Assembly: GCA_944331845.1 (NCBI GenBank)
Contig: CALVIT010000001.1
Coordinates: 48-64,047 of the forward strand
Direction of reading: 5' to 3'
Source of the DNA: an uncultured Clostridia bacterium
GTDB lineage: Bacteria; Bacillota; Clostridia; Christensenellales; UBA1242
Length of the DNA: 64,000 nucleotides
Within the stretch, counting starts at the first letter, position 1. Each line of letters opens with the position of its first letter. Both the position numbers and the translations under genes were made by a program. Below, in pieces: positions 1 to 6,878 of this stretch. The notes under the pieces are model-generated. The model was not told where the DNA came from, did no database searches, and saw only the letters and a program-made list of their open reading frames with translations.

Positions 1-1
1 C

Positions 2-1525
2 ATAACTTATACTTGTGCCGATACTGTTGAAGCAACTGTCCGCTGGACACCTATAGGTACATCTTCGAGTTCAACACAAAGATTTACTGGAACATTTGAT
101 GGTAATAATTATAGTATTACCTTTACTCAAACTATACATATCACAAGTGCTTCAGGGGATGTCTATGGCGGACTATTTGGATATACTAGTGGCGCTACAA
201 TTTCTAATCTAGGAGTCAACTGGGCAGGCACTGATAGTGTAGATATTGAGATAGAAGGGGAAACCAAATCATACACAGGATTAATAGTATCATCATTTTC
301 AAGTACTGTTTATGCTGGAGGAATCGCGGGGTATGCTGGGACCATCAGCAACTGCTACAACACGGGAGCAGTAACGGCGGAGTCTACTTCAAAGTATGCC
401 TTTGCCGGAGGGATCGCGGGGTATGCTGGGACCATCAGCAACTGCTACAACACGGGAGCAGTAACGGCGGAGTCTACTTCTTCTTATGTCTATGCCGGAG
501 GAATTTCGGGGGTGGCTGATTCAACAACCATCAGTAACTGCTACAATACGGGCGATGTGAATGCGGAGTCTACTTCAAAGTATGCCTGTGCCGGGGGAAT
601 CTCGGGGGAGATTTATGATACAACCATCAGTAACTGCTACAACACGGGAGCAATAACTTCTTATGTTTATGCCGGAGGAATCGCGGGGGGGGCTGATTCA
701 ATAACCATCAGCAACTGCTACAACACGGGTAGTGTGACTGCGACTGATTCAAATTTTACCGGTGCCGGGGGAATTTTGGGGTATGCTTATTATTCGACAA
801 CCATCCGAAACTGCTATAACACTGGAGCAATTACGTCTTTAGACAGTGTCGGAGGAATTTTGGGGTATGATGATTCTGATGCAACCATCAGCAACTGCTT
901 TAGTATAGGTACAGCACCTAGTGCAACAGGTAGTACAACGAAAGTAGGTGGTATAGTAGGAAGTGGCGGAACTGTAAATAACTGTTATCATAATTATGCT
1001 TCAATATATGAATATGAATCAAGTAATCAAATTACAGGTAAAGGTACATATGTAAGTAATCTTACAGATTATCTAGTATATTCAAGCGCTAATGCAAATT
1101 CAATCGTTAATAACTATACTCAAGGGTTTGGCGGTAATCAATGGTATACTGATGAGACCGAAGACTATTCTTGGGACTTTGATACAGTATGGGCGATAGA
1201 GAGCGGTATCAATGGTGGTTTACCATATTTAATAGCCATTCCGCCACAAGGAGAAGGGACACAAGGAAGTACTGTACAGTTAACCATTGAATATAGCGGG
1301 AGTGCTAAATTCTTAATAGTGGTAGAATATGGAGATAGTGCGTGTGCATTCACATATAGTGGAACATTTACATTTAATGTAGTAGGTGCAGAGTGTAAAG
1401 TAGCGATAATAGGATACAATGGTGAAAGCACATTGACATTGAATGATGCTTTACAAACAATAAGTAATAATACTTACACAATAAGTCTAGAGGATACTAA
1501 TAACATAGTACTAACATTAGGATAA
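2..1525 (+). CDS. GLUG-motif repeat surface protein, C-terminal part (5' end lies outside the window)
   Basis: The frame is open from the window edge to TAA at 1525. Upstream of the track start (512) the same frame reads WTPIGTSSSSTQRFTGTFDGNNYSITFTQTIHITSASGDVYGGLFGY, colinear with the module heads of the 58021 ORF. Repeated ISNCYNTGAV...YAGGI(A/S)G units match the GLUG motif type. Confidence 0.85.
   Translation: MTYTCADTVEATVRWTPIGTSSSSTQRFTGTFDGNNYSITFTQTIHITSASGDVYGGLFGYTSGATISNLGVNWAGTDSVDIEIEGETKSYTGLIVSSFSSTVYAGGIAGYAGTISNCYNTGAVTAESTSKYAFAGGIAGYAGTISNCYNTGAVTAESTSSYVYAGGISGVADSTTISNCYNTGDVNAESTSKYACAGGISGEIYDTTISNCYNTGAITSYVYAGGIAGGADSITISNCYNTGSVTATDSNFTGAGGILGYAYYSTTIRNCYNTGAITSLDSVGGILGYDDSDATISNCFSIGTAPSATGSTTKVGGIVGSGGTVNNCYHNYASIYEYESSNQITGKGTYVSNLTDYLVYSSANANSIVNNYTQGFGGNQWYTDETEDYSWDFDTVWAIESGINGGLPYLIAIPPQGEGTQGSTVQLTIEYSGSAKFLIVVEYGDSACAFTYSGTFTFNVVGAECKVAIIGYNGESTLTLNDALQTISNNTYTISLEDTNNIVLTLG
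323..480 (+). repeat. Exact 68-bp direct duplication (323-390 = 413-480, 90-bp period) inside the GLUG gene
   Basis: The string atcgcggggtatgctgggaccatcagcaactgctacaacacgggagcagtaacggcggagtctacttc occurs twice, 90 bp (30 codons) apart. Confidence 0.9.
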
Positions 1526-1536
1526 GGAGATAGAAT

Positions 1537-2355
1537 ATGCAAAAGAATACAATGAGTAGAAAGCAATTAAGCATAATAGGGTTAAGTATAATGTTAGTGC
1601 TAGTGTTAGTATTAGGAATAACGCTAGGAGCGTTGAAAGACTCTAAGACTGCTACGGGAACGATAGTATTTACAGGTAATCTAGCGGTGGTGTTAGACCA
1701 CGGTAGTACAAGTGGTACAGTGAATGGGACAAATTTGGAGTTAGACTTGATACCTGACTATACTACGCTAAAGGAAGCGAGCGAGAGTGGGAATATATAT
1801 TTACAAGACAAAGAAGGTAAAGTTGTATCACTTAAGTGGGAAGATAGCGCAACGAGTGGTAATGCCTTAAAATTTAGAGTAATATCAGACGGTGCGACAA
1901 ATGCGTACATAAAGATGACTTTGACATTACAATACACAAGTGCAGACAATGCCCCAGCGACGGCGCAAGAATGGCAAGTTTATCCAAAGTTTGGAAGTGA
2001 ATCATACGAGTTAAAACCTACAATGATAGGGGACGGAGTGAATGAAGAGTACTCATACTACAATGCTACAGATGGGTTAATGATAAGTTACCCATTGATA
2101 ACCAAAGAAGGTAACACAGTTAGCAAAGTATATGAGATGTACTATATAGATACAGTAAATAGCGGACTCAAATACTTTGAACCAACAGATACAACTGCAA
2201 ACATCGAAGGGTATACAAAGTTAAATAAAGAGATAGTAGTAGGTGACATAATAAGCGACATACAATTTTTGATAAGTGGTGTAAATTCAGTAAGCACAGG
2301 CGATGAATTCAAACTCAATATTAAGTGTGAAGCGACAACATTTGTATCATTATAG
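1537..2355 (+). CDS. Hypothetical secreted or membrane-anchored protein, probably co-transcribed with the upstream GLUG gene
   Basis: AAGGAG RBS 11 nt after the GLUG stop. N-terminal K/R region followed by the hydrophobic stretch LSIIGLSIMLVLVLVLGITLGAL. No recognisable catalytic motif. Confidence 0.6.
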   Translation: MQKNTMSRKQLSIIGLSIMLVLVLVLGITLGALKDSKTATGTIVFTGNLAVVLDHGSTSGTVNGTNLELDLIPDYTTLKEASESGNIYLQDKEGKVVSLKWEDSATSGNALKFRVISDGATNAYIKMTLTLQYTSADNAPATAQEWQVYPKFGSESYELKPTMIGDGVNEEYSYYNATDGLMISYPLITKEGNTVSKVYEMYYIDTVNSGLKYFEPTDTTANIEGYTKLNKEIVVGDIISDIQFLISGVNSVSTGDEFKLNIKCEATTFVSL

Positions 2356-2815
2356 GTATAGTGTTATACACTGTAGGTATAGTTTTATACATAAATGCGA
2401 TTTAGAATTATTTTATAACAAGACTTTAAATATTGTAAGTATAGATAATTATTAATGTTATTTACAATATGGTTACAAAATAATATAGTTATGGAAGTTG
2501 TAAAATAGATACACAATAATAATTTTTCACAAAAAAATTATGCAGTTTATTGTAAGTTAAAATTTTTATAACCCAAATTATATTGATAATATTTGTTTGT
2601 TGTTGTGAGATAAATGTACAAAATAGCGTATTCAAATAGATTTTGTCAACTTAAATGCAACGCTAAAAAAATATAATTGTTAATTAATAGTTATAATAAA
2701 AATTGTAGATATGGTTGTCTACAATTTTTATTATACAACATAATATAAAATGTTTTGTTGTATTTTTTGTTATAAGAATTATTATTTGTGATAACTATTC
2801 GAATAATAACATAAC

Positions 2816-2872
2816 AAAAAAGACCAAAAGTTGAGCAAGTCCCTATGGGGTATTTCAAAATTTGGTTTTTTT
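2816..2872. terminator. Bidirectional rho-independent terminator candidate
   Basis: A-run, then the stem ACCAAAAGTTGA...TCAAAATTTGGT (two internal mismatches), then a T7 run. It lies between convergent genes ending at 2355 (+) and 2971 (-). Confidence 0.5.
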
Positions 2873-2970
2873 AATAATTTATATAATAGATAGAATTTAT
2901 TAATAATTAGTAATATACGATAGTTAATAATTGATTAATAGTTAATAATTTATACAATAGTTAGTTTTGC

Positions 2971-3693
2971 TCATTCACTTCGTGCGATAAAAACAAGTAG
3001 AAGGAATCTTAATAATTCAAGCACTGCAACAACAAAGGATGCGACATAAGTTAGAGCGGCGGCTTTAAGCACTTTGGATGCTCCAGCAAGTTCTGTCTCT
3101 GTCATAAAATTGCCACCTTCAAGCATTTTTAAAGCACGGGAAGATGCGTCAAATTCTACAGGTAGTGTAATAAGATTTAGCAGTACTGCTAGTCCGTAGA
3201 ATGCTACTCCTGACCATAAGAAAATCGAACCTAATACTCCGCCTGTTGCACTGAATGCGCCTAACAATATACCTATGATAACAAGTGGCCACAGTAAGGT
3301 AGATGCGAAGTTAGTTATAGGAACTAAAATTTGTCTAAAACCTAAGAACGCATAATGTTCTTTTTTTTGTATAGCGTGACCTACTTCGTGCATAGCGATA
3401 CCTAGGGCTGCAACTGAAGTGCTGTCGTAGACACCTTCTGACAATGCGATATATTTCTTCTTAGGGTGGTAGTGGTCGGTCAAATGCCCGTTTTCTCTTC
3501 TAAGTTCAATATCTTGTAGGCCTGCATTGTCAAGGACTGCTCGTGCTAACTGCGAAGCGGTCATACCGTTCTCTGTATCTATTTGACTATAGGTATTGTA
3601 AGTCTTAGAAACTTTTGTTTGAGCGTAGATACCTAGCACAATACCCGGTATCAAAAGTACGCCTAATAGAATATATAAAAAATATAAAACCAA
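2971..3693 (-). CDS. Membrane zinc metallopeptidase, YugP / Zn_peptidase_2 family
   Basis: N-terminal TM segment, HEVGH (HExxH) motif in AALGIAMHEVGHAIQ, C-terminal TM helices, size about 240 aa. Confidence 0.8.
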   Translation of the reverse strand: MVLYFLYILLGVLLIPGIVLGIYAQTKVSKTYNTYSQIDTENGMTASQLARAVLDNAGLQDIELRRENGHLTDHYHPKKKYIALSEGVYDSTSVAALGIAMHEVGHAIQKKEHYAFLGFRQILVPITNFASTLLWPLVIIGILLGAFSATGGVLGSIFLWSGVAFYGLAVLLNLITLPVEFDASSRALKMLEGGNFMTETELAGASKVLKAAALTYVASFVVAVLELLRFLLLVFIARSE

Positions 3694-4060
3694 TTCAAAA
3701 CTCCTTGCATATAATATATGCTAAATACTAAATATAATACTAATATTTTACATAAAATGTTTGTTATTGTCAAGAATTAATAGTGATAAATAATATAAAG
3801 TAAATAATTAAGAGTAGGTAAGTGCAAATTTTGAATATTTCTAGCATAAATAATAGTATTACAACACACACTATATAGCGGGAATGATGGTTAATTATGA
3901 TTGATTGAAGGCATATCTTACTATCATTAATTGAAGGCACAAATAAATTTATTAATCGTACTATTACAAATGATAGAGACTATAATATTATCAATTATAT
4001 GAGCAGTACTTCTGAGCAGTACTTTGATAATATCATAGGCATCACATCATACTAATAATT

Positions 4061-4160
4061 TATAGAACTATGCTATGATAAAGTATAGAACTATGCTATG
4101 ATAAATTGTGTACATTATATTATGATAAATTGTATTGTTGTATTATGATAGATTATGGGC
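4061..4160. repeat. About 24-bp degenerate tandem repeat (4 units ending in TATGATAAAttg)
   Basis: tatagaactatgctatgataaag / tatagaactatgctatgataaattg / tgtacattatattatgataaattg / tattgttgtattatgatagattat. The first two units are nearly identical. Confidence 0.7.
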
Positions 4161-4381
4161 GAAATATGTTCCGTGCGAGTACAATAATTTATGATAATTC
4201 TGTTATTACAATTTTGATATATAATGACAACATTTTATAAAATATTAATATTTTAGGGCAATGTATTCAAAAAATGCGTCTTTGTTACTCAAATAATGCT
4301 ATATAGTGGTATTTTATGTGTATATTGCTTGACAAAAGACGATAATATTTGATAAAATTGCATCAAAGGAGTTAGAATATT

Positions 4382-5134
4382 ATGGATTCAACATTGTTAA
4401 TCATTCTAATAGTGGTAGGCATACTATTTGTGATATTTTGCATAGCAGGGTTCATAAAATGGCGTGCTAATTGGCTTACTACTTGGTTTAATGTCAAAAA
4501 ATTAGACATCAATAAACCTATATTAGAATATGTAGAACTTTTGCTCGCTGAGAGAAATTTAGCAGATGTTCAAGTTAAGAAAGTAGGATTTTGGGCATCA
4601 CTTTTTATTGGAAATACCTACAGCGTATCCAAAAAATTGATAAGGGTTAGTTGGTTCGCGTCCAAACATTCATCAGTTGTTACTTTGGCGCAGGCTTGCC
4701 GTTTAGTGGGACTTGCCCAAATGCACGCTGATGGCGTGAAAGGAATTAAAGCAGTTGAAGCGTATAGATGGCTTAACTGGTTACCTATATTGTTATTGCC
4801 GTTAATAGTCATAGGACTAATTGTTGACCTTGTGGCATTTGAAAGTGTTGGTTTATACACTATAATATTTAGTGCGGTAGGTGTGGTATTAACTTTGATA
4901 ACATTTATACTAGGACTTGTAGCGATGAAGAAGAACTTTATGGCGTACAGAATAGGTGAAGAAATTATCACAGGATTGGGCGTACTCAAAGACACTGAAG
5001 AGAAAAAAATGCGTCAATTATTCTCCGCTTGGAAGAGTCTAGAAGTAGTCAACGCATTCTTGAACGCATTTGAATTAGTGTACTTTGTATTAAAAATTGT
5101 TTTTTCGAGCATAAAATTATTTGGGAGAAAATAG
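4382..5134 (+). CDS. YugP-like membrane protein lacking the HExxH catalytic motif
   Basis: Same topology and local similarity to the 2971-3693 product (LADVQVKK vs LQDIELRR; SKKLIRVS...VVTLAQACRLVGLAQ vs KKKYIALS...VAALGIAMHEVGHAIQ), but HEVGH is replaced by CRLVG. AAAGGAG RBS. Confidence 0.6.
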   Translation: MDSTLLIILIVVGILFVIFCIAGFIKWRANWLTTWFNVKKLDINKPILEYVELLLAERNLADVQVKKVGFWASLFIGNTYSVSKKLIRVSWFASKHSSVVTLAQACRLVGLAQMHADGVKGIKAVEAYRWLNWLPILLLPLIVIGLIVDLVAFESVGLYTIIFSAVGVVLTLITFILGLVAMKKNFMAYRIGEEIITGLGVLKDTEEKKMRQLFSAWKSLEVVNAFLNAFELVYFVLKIVFSSIKLFGRK

Positions 5135-5959
5135 ATGGATAATCAAAAATTCTTAAGTCGTGGAACAAAGACTTTTAGTGTGGTTACAAGTGTTCTTTTG
5201 TCACTCGCTATTCTCATTTTGGTCATAATAGGACTCATAGGGGGCGATTTCTTAACAGTATCCCTAATTGGTTCGTGTGTTATAGTGTTCTTGACTGCTA
5301 TATTTATTGGGGCAATGCAAATAAAAGTATTTGGAGACTACAAGAGTCAAAAAAAATACCTTTGTGCTGATGGCATATTCTATATTTGTCTTACAATTTT
5401 AGTTGCTATCACTGCTATTATGTACACTATGTTCAAAGATGCGAATGTAGACATTAGATATTTTATATTTGTATTTACTTTGGCATTTGCAGTCTGGAAG
5501 ATTATAATTGCAGTATTAGCATTTAAGAATAAATATTTCAATGCTTTTGCTGAATTGCTTATCGCTATATTTTGGATAGTTAGCGGTGTAGGCGTATTAC
5601 TAACTATATTTGATAACCTAGAGAATGTAGGACAATATGTATTGTGCATATCTAACTATTTGTTGTGCTTATCTACAATATTCTATATATTGTATTCATA
5701 TTCTTTCAAAGACCCTAACTATCTCATAACTGACAAAGCGCTGGAAATACTTGAGAAGGAGCAAATAGAGCGTCAACAGAGATTAAATAGATTCAATGGC
5801 GGATTTGGTGGGCAAGTGGCACAACAAACACAACAGACAAATTCTGCTGATGATGTTGAATCAAAGTTGAAGAAACTTCAAAATCTTAAAGATAAGGGCT
5901 TTATAACTGAAGAAGAATTTGAAGCGAAGAGAAAAGAAATTCTTAATAGCGAATTTTAA
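5135..5959 (+). CDS. Polytopic membrane protein with a C-terminal SHOCT domain
   Basis: Multiple TM helices. The C-terminus KLKKLQNLKDKGFITEEEFEAKRKEILN matches the SHOCT (short C-terminal) domain pattern. The start abuts the stop of the upstream gene. Confidence 0.65.
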   Translation: MDNQKFLSRGTKTFSVVTSVLLSLAILILVIIGLIGGDFLTVSLIGSCVIVFLTAIFIGAMQIKVFGDYKSQKKYLCADGIFYICLTILVAITAIMYTMFKDANVDIRYFIFVFTLAFAVWKIIIAVLAFKNKYFNAFAELLIAIFWIVSGVGVLLTIFDNLENVGQYVLCISNYLLCLSTIFYILYSYSFKDPNYLITDKALEILEKEQIERQQRLNRFNGGFGGQVAQQTQQTNSADDVESKLKKLQNLKDKGFITEEEFEAKRKEILNSEF

Positions 5960-5976
5960 AGAAAACAAATTATAAT

Positions 5977-6009
5977 AAAAAACTTTTGGCTTTTGTCAAA
6001 AGTTTTTTT
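5977..6009 (+). terminator. Rho-independent terminator
   Basis: Stem AAAAAACTTTTG / CAAAAGTTTTTT with an 8-nt loop and a T-run, 18 nt after the stop at 5959. Confidence 0.75.
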
Positions 6010-6038
6010 GTGTCAATGTAAGAAGTAGGCGTATTTTA

Positions 6039-6520
6039 TGTAAGGGAACTACCCGTTCCCTTACGAACCCTTAGGCAAGGGGTAGAGAGTGTAGGGGATT
6101 TTCCATCCCCTACGACCCTAGTACAAGAGCAGGGCTCTTGACTTGTGTACTAAAAGTACATTAAATGTACTTGAGTACGCAAGACTCAAATTATATTGCT
6201 TTTTGCTAGATGCAAAAAGTAAATATTATTAAGTTTTAAGCACGAGACTTGTATTGTGTGCATAACCAAATAAACAGGTCAAGGACAATGTCCTTCAACT
6301 TCGGGTGTGGGGGATGGGAAATCCCCTACAAACAAAGACAGTGCAAGGGGACTACTCTTATCTAGTACTTTTAGTGTAAGGGAACTACCCGTTCCCTTAC
6401 GAACCTTTAGGCAAGGGGAGTCCCCCTTGACCTGTGTACTATGGGTGCACATACCAAACTTAGGTGCGAAGAACTTATAATATTTTGCTTTTTGCTAAAT
6501 GCAAAAAGTAAATAACATAT
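6039..6520. repeat. Cluster of GC-rich stem-loop repeats (two degenerate units about 290-336 bp apart)
   Basis: The 44-mer tgtaagggaactacccgttcccttacgaaccYttaggcaagggg occurs at 6039 and 6374 with 1 mismatch. gctttttgctaRatgcaaaaagtaaata occurs at 6198 and 6487. The hairpin GTAGGGGAT-loop-ATCCCCTAC sits at 6091, with an inverted-loop copy at about 6309. Further hairpins are CAAGAGC-AGG-GCTCTTG (6124), AAGGAC-AAT-GTCCTT (6281) and CAAGGGG-AGTC-CCCCTTG (6411). Confidence 0.8.
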
Positions 6521-6548
6521 AGTCATACGCACACAAGATGTGCTAAAA

Positions 6549-6705
6549 TGTGGACAAAATAGTTAATTATATAATTATAATAGTTAAGAGATTATTAATT
6601 AGTTAACCAAAAACTTTGGTAAGACTGCACAAATTTAGAACAAATTAAGTATAAATGGGTAAAGTTATCCACATTTTGTGCACATTTGTGGATAACTTAT
6701 CCACA
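6549..6705. promoter_or_regulatory. DnaA-box cluster (three perfect TTATCCACA 9-mers plus one near-consensus box)
   Basis: TTATCCACA at 6665-6673 (+), TGTGGATAA at 6687-6695 (-), TTATCCACA at 6697-6705 (+), and TGTGGACAA at 6549-6557 (1 mismatch). Confidence 0.7.
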
Positions 6706-6878
6706 AATTGAAAAATTTGTATCATTTTGTCAAATATTGTCGCATTTTGATACTGCTATTTTTTGACTTACTAACAAGCAAATACTACATAAATTTATTA
6801 AAATTGTAATACTGATTTCATACATTTGACTTTTTTTGTAAAATGTTCTATTCTTGTATTGTTGAATAGGAGTTAGAT

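Noticed and set aside
6039-6520. CRISPR array, suggested by the repeated palindromic GC-rich segments
   Set aside because: Each repeat type has only two copies, the spacing (289-336 bp) is far too large and irregular, the intervening sequence is itself made of other hairpins, and no cas genes are present.
6540-6878. Chromosomal replication origin (oriC), suggested by the DnaA boxes next to an AT-rich stretch
   Set aside because: There is no dnaA or dnaN nearby. Genes on both sides of the site are predominantly on the + strand, so there is no leading-strand switch. mnmG is 21 kb away and is not part of the usual origin-proximal cluster. The site is kept as an extra-origin DnaA-box cluster; only whole-genome skew or coverage data can settle this.
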